A stretch of DNA of 64,000 nt from the NCBI GenBank assembly GCA_963750255.1, contig CAVVPZ010000006.1:346776-410775 (forward strand), given 5' to 3'. Made by a program: the position numbers and the translations under genes. Positions 27,399-36,811 of this stretch are shown here, one piece after another. Each line of letters starts with the position of its first letter. Positions within the stretch are counted from its first letter, which is position 1. The notes under the pieces are model-generated. The model was not told the DNA's origin and ran no database searches. It saw only the letters and a program-made list of their open reading frames with translations. This DNA is from an uncultured Actinomycetes bacterium. Lineage in GTDB: Bacteria; Actinomycetota; Acidimicrobiia; Acidimicrobiales; CADCTF01.

Positions 27399-28906
27399 TG
27401 CTGCTCGCCCAGGCCCCCGCCAGGCTCGGCCCCGTCGTCGTGCCCGAACTCGCGTACTCCGACATCGGCCCGATCGTCATCCTCGTCGTCGGCGCCATGG
27501 CCCTGTTGACCCTCGCGTCCCTCGTGCGGACCAAGCCCGCGGCCGGGTTCTACGCCCTCTTCACGATCGGCACGGCCGGTGCCGCGCTGGCGTCGGCGTC
27601 GTGGCTGTGGATCGGCCTCGGTGACGGCACCCCGGCCCGCTTCGCGTTCTCCAACATGATCTCGGTCGACGGCTTCGCCGTGTTCTTCTTCGTCGTGATC
27701 GCGATCTCGATCGTGCTCGCGTCGCTGCTGGCCGACGGCTATTTGCGGCGAGAGCAACTCGACGGGCCCGAGTTCTACGTGCTCGTGCTGCTCAGCGGCG
27801 CCGGCGGCATGTTGATGGCGGCGGCCAACGACCTCATCGTCATCTTCCTCGGCCTCGAGACGCTCTCGATCGCTCTGTTCGTGCTCGCCGGGTTCCATCG
27901 TCGCCGGGCTGAGTCGGGCGAAGCGGCGATGAAGTACTTCGTGCTCTCCGCATTTTCGTCGGCCTTCCTCCTCTACGGCATCGCGTTGGTCTACGGGTCC
28001 ACCGGCACCACCAACCTGGCCGGTATCGCGGCGTGGTTGGCGGAGAACGTGGCGCTTTCGAATGGCGTGCTGATGGCTGGTCTCGCCCTGTTGCTCGTCG
28101 GGTTCGGATTCAAGGTCGCAGCCGTTCCGTTCCACACGTGGACGCCGGACGTGTACCAGGGCGCACCGACACCGGTGACGGCGTTCATGGCCGGGGCGTC
28201 GAAGGCGGCCGGGTTCGCCGCCCTGCTCCGCGTTTTCTTCTCGACCTTCTCGGTGTTGCGGCCCGACTGGCAACCCCTCGTTTGGGGTCTGGCCGTGGCG
28301 TCTCTTCTTGTCGGATCGGTCCTCGCCGTCGTCCAATCCGACATCAAGCGGATGCTGGCGTATTCGTCGATCAGCCACGCCGGCTACATCCTCGTCGGGC
28401 TCCAAGCGGCCAACGACCGAGGGCTGGCCGGATCGCTCTTCTACTTGTTGGCCTACACGTTCATGGTCATGGGCTCGTTCACCATCGCCACCCTCGTCGG
28501 GCGCCGGGGTGACGCCGAGCACGACCTCGAGAGCTACCGCGGTCTCGCTCGGCGGCGGCCCGCCGTCGCCCTCGGCTTCACCGTGTTGTTGATGGCTCAG
28601 GCCGGCGTGCCATTCACCTCGGGCTTCCTGGCCAAGTTCTATGTGATCTCGGCCGCCGTCGAGAGCCACTCGTACGCCCTCGCTTTGATCGCCATGCTCG
28701 GCGCCGTCGTGGCCGCGTTCTTCTACCTCCGGGTCATCATCACGATGTACTCGCCTCCCGAAGACGCCGACGCTGTCCCGGTTCGGCTCCCGATCCCCTT
28801 CGGTGCGGGCCTGGTGTTGGGCACCACGGTGGCGGTCACGCTGCTGGCCGGCGTGCTGCCCCAGGTCTTCTTCGACTTCGCCCGGCAGGCCACCCTGCTC
28901 TTCTGA
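27398..28906 (+). CDS. nuoN: NADH-quinone oxidoreductase subunit N
   Basis: 502 aa. GFKVAAVPFHTWTPDVYQGAPTPVTAFM, LAYSSISHAGYIL. Confidence 0.95.
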   Translation: MLLAQAPARLGPVVVPELAYSDIGPIVILVVGAMALLTLASLVRTKPAAGFYALFTIGTAGAALASASWLWIGLGDGTPARFAFSNMISVDGFAVFFFVVIAISIVLASLLADGYLRREQLDGPEFYVLVLLSGAGGMLMAAANDLIVIFLGLETLSIALFVLAGFHRRRAESGEAAMKYFVLSAFSSAFLLYGIALVYGSTGTTNLAGIAAWLAENVALSNGVLMAGLALLLVGFGFKVAAVPFHTWTPDVYQGAPTPVTAFMAGASKAAGFAALLRVFFSTFSVLRPDWQPLVWGLAVASLLVGSVLAVVQSDIKRMLAYSSISHAGYILVGLQAANDRGLAGSLFYLLAYTFMVMGSFTIATLVGRRGDAEHDLESYRGLARRRPAVALGFTVLLMAQAGVPFTSGFLAKFYVISAAVESHSYALALIAMLGAVVAAFFYLRVIITMYSPPEDADAVPVRLPIPFGAGLVLGTTVAVTLLAGVLPQVFFDFARQATLLF

Positions 28907-28945
28907 GCAACGTTTGGCCGCTGACGCCGACTCAGTTCGGACAAG

Positions 28946-30535
28946 ATGGTGGGTCGTCGGCGGACCGATCGGAGGAGGTCGGAGGTGGTTCACGAGGAGC
29001 GGCTTCGCGCCGTGCCCTTCTTTCGCGGTCTGCCGGGTGCCGGCCTCCGCGCTCTCGCCGCGTCCCTGGCTGCCGAGCATCACGAAGCCGGCGACCTGAT
29101 CTTTCGCGAGGGCGACCGCGCCGACAGCCTCTTCCTCGTCGAGTCGGGCCTCGTCGAGGTCCGGCGGGCCGGTGAGGCCCTGGCCGTGCTCGGGCCTGGG
29201 AGCTTCGTCGGCGAACTCGGTCTGCTGTTGGGCGAGCCGAGGTCGGCCGACCTCGTGTCGGTGGCCGACAGCACACTGCTCGCCCTGCACCGTGCCGACG
29301 TCGACCGACTCCTCGACGAGCATCCGAGCATCGCCGTCGAGATCAGCCGCGAGCTCGGGAGGCGATTGGTGCGGACCAACGAGCGCATCGCCGCTCCGCC
29401 GGTGGCGCGGGCGCCGGTGGCCTTCTGGGGCGACCGTGCCGGCCTCGAGCGTTTTGCTACCGCTGTCGAAGAGGTCTCGGGTCACACACCACTCGTTCTC
29501 TCCGTTGACGTCGACGTGGCCGTGGCCGAGCGGGATCTCGCCGGTCGACTTGCCGTCTATGAGCTCCCGCTCGAGCGAAGCCGTGAGACGCGGGCGGTGC
29601 TTCGCCGCGCCGGCCATGTCGTCTGCACCCGTTCGCCGGTCGACTGGGTGGTACGTCGCCACCGAGACGACCAGATCCTCCGGTGCGACCAGCGACTCGG
29701 CGTCGAGCGGGCCGCCCGATGGGTGACGGGACGGGCCGTCGGACTGGCGTTGTCGAGTGGCGGGAGCAAGACCGTCGCCCACTTGGGCGTCGTGCAGCGT
29801 CTGCAGGAGCTCGGCGTCCCCATCGACGCGGTGTCGGCCAGCAGCGGGGGAGCGTTGATCGCCGCCGCGGTGGCCGCCGGCATTCCCCACGAGACGAGGC
29901 GTCACCACCTCGACGAGGTGGCCGAGCTGCTCTCGGTTCGCCGGTGGGACTTCAACGTGCCTCCGCGCACCGGGGTCATGAAGGGCCGCCGGCTCCGTGA
30001 CGCCCTCGACCGAATGTTCGAGGGTCGGACCTTCGATGACCTGCTGGTGCCGCTCTACATCGTGGCCACCGATTTAGCCACCGGAGCGGAAGTGGTGATC
30101 GACTCGGGGCCGCTGGCCGACGCGATGCGAGCCAGCCTTGGGATCCCCGGCGCCTTCGACCCCTGGATGGTCGGGGGTCGGCTCCTCGTCGACGGGGCCG
30201 TCGTCAACCCCATGCCTGCCAGTGTTCTGCGGGATCGTGGTGTTCCGATCGTCATCGCCTCGATGGTGGCCGGGAAGCGAGACGACCCCACCGCGCCACC
30301 GCTCACGGCGGCGCCGCCGATCATGCAGACGCTCATGCGCATGGTGAACCTCATGGAGCGCGAATTGCTGGAGGGTCAGATCCCTTTGGTCGACGTGCTG
30401 ATCCGGCCTGCGGTAGCGGCTAGCAACAGCTTCGATTTCGCCAACATGGATCCGTTCATCGCCGAGGGGGCCCGGGCGACGACAATCGCGATGGCCGGGG
30501 TCGATCTCGACTCGATCGGCGTCAGGTCAGTTTGA
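28946..30535 (+). CDS. cyclic-nucleotide-binding domain / patatin-like phospholipase fusion protein
   Basis: N-terminal cNMP-binding fold (FREGDRADSLFLVESGLVEV...FVGELGLLLGEPRSADLV). C-terminal patatin domain: GLALSSGGSKTVAHLGV oxyanion region, nucleophile elbow SASSGG, catalytic DGA in LLVDGAVVNPMP. Confidence 0.85.
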   Translation: MVGRRRTDRRRSEVVHEERLRAVPFFRGLPGAGLRALAASLAAEHHEAGDLIFREGDRADSLFLVESGLVEVRRAGEALAVLGPGSFVGELGLLLGEPRSADLVSVADSTLLALHRADVDRLLDEHPSIAVEISRELGRRLVRTNERIAAPPVARAPVAFWGDRAGLERFATAVEEVSGHTPLVLSVDVDVAVAERDLAGRLAVYELPLERSRETRAVLRRAGHVVCTRSPVDWVVRRHRDDQILRCDQRLGVERAARWVTGRAVGLALSSGGSKTVAHLGVVQRLQELGVPIDAVSASSGGALIAAAVAAGIPHETRRHHLDEVAELLSVRRWDFNVPPRTGVMKGRRLRDALDRMFEGRTFDDLLVPLYIVATDLATGAEVVIDSGPLADAMRASLGIPGAFDPWMVGGRLLVDGAVVNPMPASVLRDRGVPIVIASMVAGKRDDPTAPPLTAAPPIMQTLMRMVNLMERELLEGQIPLVDVLIRPAVAASNSFDFANMDPFIAEGARATTIAMAGVDLDSIGVRSV

Positions 30536-30967
30536 CGGCCCGCTGTCGGCCTGGCGCAGCCGTCGGGCCATGCCGGTCAGGAGCTTCTCGTTCATGGCCG
30601 GCACATCGCGGAGCAGGGAACGAAACACGCGGGCGCTGATGGCGGCCAGCGTGACCGGCGTCGAAGCGCACACCGTCGCGCTGCGAGGCGCGGGGTCGAG
30701 GAGGGCGAGTTCGCCGAAGTAGCTCCCGGCGGTGAGCGTGGCGACCCGACGGCTGCGAGCGGCGTCTCCTTTGCGCCGTACCGACGCCTCGCCGCTCAAG
30801 AGTACGAAGAAGGTGTCGGCCTGCTCGCCTTCGGCCACCAGCACGGTGTCGACCGGCGCCTCGACCTCGGTGGCATGCCGGGCGACGATTCGCAGATCGG
30901 ATTTCGAGCACGCGGAGAACAACGGCACGTTGGCCAGGTGGTCGACGAGTTGGTCGCGCTTGGTCAT
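30527..30967 (-). CDS. stand-alone cyclic-nucleotide-binding domain protein
   Basis: 146 aa from ATG 30967 (MTKRDQLVDHLANVPLF). AEGEQADTFFVLLSGEASV and FGELALLDPAPRSATV. I see no DNA-binding domain. Confidence 0.8.
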   Translation of the reverse strand: MTKRDQLVDHLANVPLFSACSKSDLRIVARHATEVEAPVDTVLVAEGEQADTFFVLLSGEASVRRKGDAARSRRVATLTAGSYFGELALLDPAPRSATVCASTPVTLAAISARVFRSLLRDVPAMNEKLLTGMARRLRQADSGPSN

Positions 30968-31086
30968 GTGGCCGCCTCCACGAAGTACCCCCGGCCCGCC
31001 CGGGGTTGTGTGGGCGTTTCCTACCACGCTGTCCGGGTTTATGCTGCACTTGAGCGCACCTGGCGGGTGCGGGGGCGGAGGATCAG

Positions 31087-33354
31087 ATGTTGATGCGGCG
31101 GCTGGGGCGCGTGGTCACCCGATACCGGTGGGTCGTTCTCGCTGTCACACTCTTGATGTTGCCGGTCGCCGGACTCCTCGGCGGCCCGGTCAAGGGCAAG
31201 CTGTCGGCCGGCGGATTCGCCGACCCATCGGCGGAGTCGTCGCGAGCGGCCCGTCTCCTCGAGTCGACCTTTTCGACCGGGTCCCCCAATGTGGTGCTGC
31301 TCGTGCACGCAGATGCGGGGACCGTCGACGACCCGGCCGTGGCCGAGCGAGGCCGAGCGCTGACTGCGGAACTGGCGGCGACGCCCGGCCTCGACAACGC
31401 CGTGTCGTACTGGACGCTGAATGCAGCGCCGTTGCGCAGCACCGACGGGCGCGACGCGCTCGTACTGGGCCGGGTGCGGGGCGACGAGGATGATCTGCGC
31501 GACGCCGCCGCCGGTATCGCAGAGCGCTTCGACGGACGCGATGACGGCGTGGTCACCGTGGGTGTGGGTGGGTCGGGCGAGATCTTCCGCCAGATCACCG
31601 CCCAAGCCGAGACCGACCTGCAAAAGGCCGAAACGATCTCGTTCCCGATCACGTTGTTGTTGCTGCTGTTCGTGTTCGGCAGCGCCGTGGCCGCCGCCCT
31701 CCCGCTCGGCGTGGGCATCGTTGCCGTACTCGGAACCTTCCTCGTCCTCACCGTCTTCGCCGCCTTCACGCAAGTGTCGATCTTCGCGCTCAACCTGACG
31801 ACGGCGATGGGGCTGGGACTCGCCATCGACTACAGCCTGTTCATCGTCTCGCGCTACCGGGAGGAGTTGGCCGCCGGCCGAGAGCCCGAGGGAGCGCTGC
31901 TCCGCACGATGCAGACGGCGGGGCGGACCGTGGCGTTCAGCGCGTTCACGGTGGCCATCTCGCTGGCTGCCCTCCTGCTCTTCCCGCTCGCCTATCTGCG
32001 TTCGTTCGCCTACGCCGGGGTGGGCGTCGTGGCCCTCGCCGCTGTCGGTGCGACCGTGGTGCTCCCGGCGCTCTTGGCGGCGCTCGGCCACCGGATCGAC
32101 GCCGGACGCGTCTTGCGCCGCAAGGCGGCCGCGACCGACCCGTCGGCCCACGGCTTCTGGTACCACCGAGCCCACAGCGTCATGCGCCGACCAGGCCCGG
32201 TGGCTGTGGCCGTGACGTTGCTCCTCCTCTTCCTCGGGGCGCCCTTCTTGCGCTTCTCGGCTGGCCAAGCCGACGATCGTGTCCTCCCGGCATCGGCGTC
32301 GGTGCGGGCCGTCCACGACCAACTCCGGCGCGACTTCACGAGCAACGAGGCGTCGGCCGTCTCGGTCGTGCCAGCCGACCCGTCGTCGTCGCCAGATCTC
32401 GGCGCCGTCGATGCCTATGCCAGCGTCCTCTCGCGGTTGCCAGGCGTGGCCCGGGTGGATGCGCTCACCGGCTACTACATCAACGGCGACAAGGTGCGCG
32501 ACACCGACGGGTTGTCGGCCCGATTCTCGAGCCCGGGCGGGTCGACCTGGCTGTCGGTGGTGCCGTCGGTCGAGCCCTACTCGTCTGAAGGGGAGGCGCT
32601 CGTCTCGGCCGTGCGGGCGACGCCGGCGCCGTTCGCCGCCTTGGTCGGAGGTCCGTCGGCCGAGTTGCACGACTCGAAATCGTCGCTGGCATCTCGCTTG
32701 CCGCTGGCCCTCGGCCTCATCGCCGTAGCCACCTTCGTCCTGCTCTTCCTCATGACCGGGAGCGTCGTCGTGCCGCTCAAGGCGCTGCTGCTCAACCTGT
32801 TGAGTCTCTCGGCCACCTTCGGGATGCTGGTGTGGGTGTTCGAGGACGGCCACTTCTCGGGCGTGCTCGGTTTCACTCCGACGGGCACGATCTCGGTGCA
32901 CACTCCGATCCTGTTGTTCTGCATCGCGTTCGGGCTTTCGATGGATTACGAGGTCTTCCTCCTGTCTCGAATCAAGGAGGAGTACGACCTCGGCCATACC
33001 AACGAGGAGTCGGTGGCCGTCGGACTCGAGCGCACGGGCAGCATCGTGACCGCCGCTGCGTTGTTGTTGGCCGTCGTGTTCGTCGCCTTTGCCACCGCCG
33101 AGGTCGCGGTGGTCAAGGTCTTCGGAGTCGGCCTGACGCTGGCTGTGCTGGTCGACGCCTTCCTCATCCGGACGTTGCTCGTACCCGCGTTCATGAAGAT
33201 GGCGGGCCGGACCAACTGGTGGGCGCCGCGGTCTCTGCGCAGGTTCCACCTTCGCTTCGGAATCTGGGAGACCGACCCTGGTTCGGTGCTCGACCTGCTC
33301 GACCGGGCCGAGCGAGTGCGCTCCGAGGAGGAGCCCGCGGGCGCCGAGCGCTGA
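31087..33354 (+). CDS. MMPL-family (RND superfamily) membrane transporter
   Basis: 755 aa. Two six-TM bundles, each followed by a soluble loop. Duplicated GLAIDYSLFIVSRYREE / GLSMDYEVFLLSRIKEE motifs. Confidence 0.9.
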   Translation: MLMRRLGRVVTRYRWVVLAVTLLMLPVAGLLGGPVKGKLSAGGFADPSAESSRAARLLESTFSTGSPNVVLLVHADAGTVDDPAVAERGRALTAELAATPGLDNAVSYWTLNAAPLRSTDGRDALVLGRVRGDEDDLRDAAAGIAERFDGRDDGVVTVGVGGSGEIFRQITAQAETDLQKAETISFPITLLLLLFVFGSAVAAALPLGVGIVAVLGTFLVLTVFAAFTQVSIFALNLTTAMGLGLAIDYSLFIVSRYREELAAGREPEGALLRTMQTAGRTVAFSAFTVAISLAALLLFPLAYLRSFAYAGVGVVALAAVGATVVLPALLAALGHRIDAGRVLRRKAAATDPSAHGFWYHRAHSVMRRPGPVAVAVTLLLLFLGAPFLRFSAGQADDRVLPASASVRAVHDQLRRDFTSNEASAVSVVPADPSSSPDLGAVDAYASVLSRLPGVARVDALTGYYINGDKVRDTDGLSARFSSPGGSTWLSVVPSVEPYSSEGEALVSAVRATPAPFAALVGGPSAELHDSKSSLASRLPLALGLIAVATFVLLFLMTGSVVVPLKALLLNLLSLSATFGMLVWVFEDGHFSGVLGFTPTGTISVHTPILLFCIAFGLSMDYEVFLLSRIKEEYDLGHTNEESVAVGLERTGSIVTAAALLLAVVFVAFATAEVAVVKVFGVGLTLAVLVDAFLIRTLLVPAFMKMAGRTNWWAPRSLRRFHLRFGIWETDPGSVLDLLDRAERVRSEEEPAGAER

Positions 33355-33357
33355 GCC

Positions 33358-34341
33358 TCACGCCACCCTGGCTGCGAGCGGGGGGTCGAGGTTCCAAGAC
33401 CGCAAAGTGCGCCGCACGCGACGCAGCACTGGCGGATCGAGGTGCTCGGCACACATCGCCAAGAGGTGGGGCAAGGGCACCAATCCGGCGAGCACCCAGC
33501 GGGCGAACATGCCTTCGTCCATCCAGTCGGCTACCTCGGGTCGGATGTCGACGCCGATCTCGGCCCCGGCCGCGACGCGCAACCTGAGTTGCTTCCAGTC
33601 GACCGCTCGGGCCATGGCCCGACCGGCGCCGATCAACTCCTCGGGCTGTGGACGGTGGCCGGCTCCGGAAAGCATGCGCATCGACGGGTGCCGGTCGGCG
33701 ATCTCGGTCCACGAGAGGGGACGGCGCGCCGCGGCGATTTCCTCGAGCCAGCACGCGGCGAACACCTCGGTTGTGGGGACCGGCGGTGGTTCGGTCGCCA
33801 GATCGAGGCAGCGCCGGAGCGCGTCATTGACCGTCCCGGTGCCGGGCTCGTCGATCACCGAGCCGTCCTCCATGGTCGCGGTGCAGCGTTCGACGCCGTC
33901 TCGTCCGACCAGACAGGTGACTCGTACGCGTTGACGGTCGGGGTGGCGTGACGGGCGACCACCGCTCACGACGTGACGTTTGGCGTCGACATCGCCAGGC
34001 GCGGCCCAGCCAAAGCACACCGAGCCGATGCCACGCCACGACTTGGGTGCCCGGAATCCGAGGAGCACCTCCATGGGGTGTTGGCCCTCGTCGAGGGGGC
34101 GGAAGCCGAGGTCGACGAGGGGTCGGTCGTCGTCATCGCGATCGGTGCCGGGCTCGACCGAGACGAGACAATGGGGCTGGAACCAGCCACCGTCGGCGAA
34201 GGAGGCGTCGAGCAAGGTGACGCAGCGATCGAGCCAGTCGGGCTCGGGGAGCAAGGGGACGGCCACGGAGGGCTCCTCTCGGTGCAGAAGATTCGAGAGG
34301 GAGCCGGCGGGAGGGCTCCGTGTGACCGCCCGCCCAGACAA
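33358..34341 (-). CDS. hypothetical protein
   Basis: 327-aa ORF with coding-like codon usage. I recognise no motif. The start is uncertain. Confidence 0.5.
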   Translation of the reverse strand: MSGRAVTRSPPAGSLSNLLHREEPSVAVPLLPEPDWLDRCVTLLDASFADGGWFQPHCLVSVEPGTDRDDDDRPLVDLGFRPLDEGQHPMEVLLGFRAPKSWRGIGSVCFGWAAPGDVDAKRHVVSGGRPSRHPDRQRVRVTCLVGRDGVERCTATMEDGSVIDEPGTGTVNDALRRCLDLATEPPPVPTTEVFAACWLEEIAAARRPLSWTEIADRHPSMRMLSGAGHRPQPEELIGAGRAMARAVDWKQLRLRVAAGAEIGVDIRPEVADWMDEGMFARWVLAGLVPLPHLLAMCAEHLDPPVLRRVRRTLRSWNLDPPLAARVA

Positions 34342-34376
34342 GCACGGGTCCGAAGCGGTGGCAAGCTCGTCTCTTC

Positions 34377-35702
34377 ATGCCGCCCGAACCCCCCGAACCC
34401 AGCGGACCGGCCCCCGAGACCGAACCGCGCCTCCCCGACCTCGAAACCACCGAGGACGCCGTCCTCGAGGGCGACACGGTCTATGCCGCAGGGAGCGCCC
34501 GAGCGGCGCTGGCCCACCGACCGTTCCGACTGGTGTGGATGGGGTCGTTGGCCTCGAACATCGGCACCTGGATGCAAAACGTTGCCCTCGGCGCGTTCGC
34601 CTACAAGCTGACGGGGTCATCGGGTTTCGTCGCCCTGCTCGGGTTCGCACAACTCGGTCCGCTGCTCGTGCTGTCGATCGTGGGCGGATTGTTGGCCGAC
34701 ACCATCGACCGCCGGTGGCTGTTGATCGGCTGTCAGGTCGAACAGATGGCGCTCTCGTTCGTTCTCGCCGTCCTCACTCGCCACGACGATCCCTCGAAGA
34801 CGTTGCTCTTCGTGTGCGTCCTCGGGATCGGCGTCGGCAACGCGTTGAACGCGCCGACGTTCTCGGCCGTGTTGCCCCAGCTCGTGGGGAAACGCGACCT
34901 CGTCGGCGCCGTCTCCCTGCAGTCGGTACAGCTCAACCTCTCGCGGGTCGTCGGGCCGGCGATCGCCGGGCTCGTTCTCCCGATCGTCGGTGCCAGCGGC
35001 GTGTTCGCCATCAACGGGTTCACGTACATCTTCGCCATCGGGACGTTGTTGATGGTCACCATTCCTCGGCCGTACCCCTCTTACGGCGAGCAGGGCTTGC
35101 GCCGACTCATCGGGGGCTTCGCCGTCGCTCGTCGGGACCGCCTGGTGCGCCGCTGCCTCCTCACGATCACGTCGATCTCGTTCTTCTGCCTTCCCTTCAT
35201 CGGGCTGCTCCCCGTCATCGCCGGCAAGAACCTCGGACTCGACGTCGAAGGGGCCGCCTACGGCGTGCTCTTCGCCGGGTTCGGCCTCGGCGCTGCGCTC
35301 GGCGCCATCGCCGTCGGCACCGTCCTCGTCAATCGGTCTCGCCCGCTGGTGGTGCGCGTCGGTCTCGGACTGTTCGGACTGAGCCTCGGGTCGTTCGCGT
35401 TGTTGCGCGACGTCCGGTTCGCCTACCCAGCCCTGTTCCTCGTGGGCCTCTTCTACTTCGGAACCGTCACGTCGTTGTCGACGGTGCTGCAGGCGCACCT
35501 CGAGGAGTCGGTGCGAGGGAGGGTGATGGCCCTGTGGATCATGGGCTTCGGCGGGACGGTCCCGATCGGGCTGCTCGTGGGCGGGCTCATCGCCGAACGC
35601 ACCTCGGTGTCGACCGTCGTCGTCGGAGGCGCCGTGATGGCGCTCGTACTGGCCGCCGTCGCCGACGTGCACGCCGTCGACGAGCCGATGACGTCCGCCT
35701 AG
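34377..35702 (+). CDS. MFS transporter (EntS/MFS_3-like)
   Basis: 441 aa, 12 hydrophobic spans. FRLVWMGSLASNIGTWMQNVALGAF, GGLLADTIDRRW. Confidence 0.85.
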   Translation: MPPEPPEPSGPAPETEPRLPDLETTEDAVLEGDTVYAAGSARAALAHRPFRLVWMGSLASNIGTWMQNVALGAFAYKLTGSSGFVALLGFAQLGPLLVLSIVGGLLADTIDRRWLLIGCQVEQMALSFVLAVLTRHDDPSKTLLFVCVLGIGVGNALNAPTFSAVLPQLVGKRDLVGAVSLQSVQLNLSRVVGPAIAGLVLPIVGASGVFAINGFTYIFAIGTLLMVTIPRPYPSYGEQGLRRLIGGFAVARRDRLVRRCLLTITSISFFCLPFIGLLPVIAGKNLGLDVEGAAYGVLFAGFGLGAALGAIAVGTVLVNRSRPLVVRVGLGLFGLSLGSFALLRDVRFAYPALFLVGLFYFGTVTSLSTVLQAHLEESVRGRVMALWIMGFGGTVPIGLLVGGLIAERTSVSTVVVGGAVMALVLAAVADVHAVDEPMTSA

Positions 35703-36676
35703 GAGACGAGAGGAAAGCGCAGGCGGATGGCGGTGCCGCCGACGGGGGTATCGCCCACGTCGATCGTCGCGTGGAGTGCGGAGGCCAAACGTCGGGCAAT
35801 GGTCAGCCCGAGCCCGAGCCCCTCGCCGTCGCTCGATCGTTCGAGCCGGCCGTAGGGCTCGAGGACCTGCGATCGCCCGTCGGAGGGCACCCCCGGTCCA
35901 CTGTCGGCCACGGTGAGCACGACATGGTCGTCGTCGGGTTCGAGGATGAGCCGAACGGGCGCCTCGCCGTGGCTGTGACCGTTGTCGATGAGTTCGGCCA
36001 GCAGACGGCGAAGCTCGGCGCTGCGCCCGTTGACGTAGGCCGCTGTGGGCCCACGCACGCCGGTCGGGCGTCCGCTCCGCTCGGCGTCGTCGGCCACCGA
36101 ACGGGCCACCGCAGCGAGGTTGAGCACCTCGTCGGCGCCCGGTTGGACGAAGTCGACGTCGGCCGCCGAACGGAGATGACGGAGCATGGCCGACAGGTGG
36201 CGCTCGGGTTCGCTCCGACCCTCGCGCCGGTCCATCTCGTACATCCGGGCCGAGGCCAGCACGTTGGCGGCGTGTTTGGCGAAGTCGGTGGCGGCCTGCA
36301 GGTCGAAGTCGGTGAACCCGCGACCAGGACCGGCGTTGACGTTGAGCACGCCGAAGATGCGGCCGTCGTGGAGCAAGGGCACACACATGCCGCTGTCGAC
36401 GGGCTTGGAGCGGTTCCCGGCTCGTCCGGTGACCAACACAGGGTCGCAACTTGCGGCCACCTTGCCAGCGACGCCGTCGCCGAAGCGCACGCGCGCGCCG
36501 AGGGCGGCGGGGTTGGACGGCGAGGCGACGACCTCGAGTTCTTCGGGGCCGACGAGCAACATGACCGACCCTCCTTCGCCCTCGAAGATGCGCGCCGCGC
36601 TCGACAGCACGACGTCGAGTACGGCGTCGACCTGGAGCGGCGCCGCGCCGGCGGTGGGTTTGGTGTCGGCCATCAT
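35699..36676 (-). CDS. GAF domain plus histidine-kinase-like ATPase (HATPase_c) protein
   Basis: N-terminal GAF-like region (GGSVMLLV...GVAGKVAA...MCVPLLHDGRIFGVLNV). C-terminal N, G1 and G2 boxes (LAELIDNGHSHG, ADSGPGV, GLGLGLTIARRL). No TM and no clear HisKA H-box. Confidence 0.7.
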   Translation of the reverse strand: MMADTKPTAGAAPLQVDAVLDVVLSSAARIFEGEGGSVMLLVGPEELEVVASPSNPAALGARVRFGDGVAGKVAASCDPVLVTGRAGNRSKPVDSGMCVPLLHDGRIFGVLNVNAGPGRGFTDFDLQAATDFAKHAANVLASARMYEMDRREGRSEPERHLSAMLRHLRSAADVDFVQPGADEVLNLAAVARSVADDAERSGRPTGVRGPTAAYVNGRSAELRRLLAELIDNGHSHGEAPVRLILEPDDDHVVLTVADSGPGVPSDGRSQVLEPYGRLERSSDGEGLGLGLTIARRLASALHATIDVGDTPVGGTAIRLRFPLVS

Positions 36677-36778
36677 GACGATCGTGGCACGGACGGGGAA
36701 TGCGGCGCGTCGAGCCGGTTCTGGAGAAGCGCCATCCTCCTACGTCGGCGGTTCCCACGCCCGCCTTGAGCGACGGTC

Positions 36779-36811
36779 GTCAGTCCGCCGTCAGTCCGCC
36801 GTCAGGCCGCT
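36779..36811. repeat. 11-bp tandem repeat x3 (GTCAGTCCGCC, GTCAGTCCGCC, GTCAGGCCGCT)
   Basis: Read directly at 36779-36811, immediately 3' of the methyltransferase stop. Each unit carries TCA, which is TGA on the minus strand. Confidence 0.8.

Noticed and set aside
28946-30535. Patatin phospholipase as a CBASS CapV-like defence effector
   Set aside because: There is no CD-NTase or cyclase, no other CBASS component nearby, and the sensor is a classical CAP-type cNMP domain. The architecture matches housekeeping NTE/RssA-like cNMP-patatin proteins.
36779-36811. Mini CRISPR-like or regulatory repeat array
   Set aside because: It has only three directly abutting 11-bp units, with no spacers and no cas genes. 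It is reported only as a simple tandem repeat.
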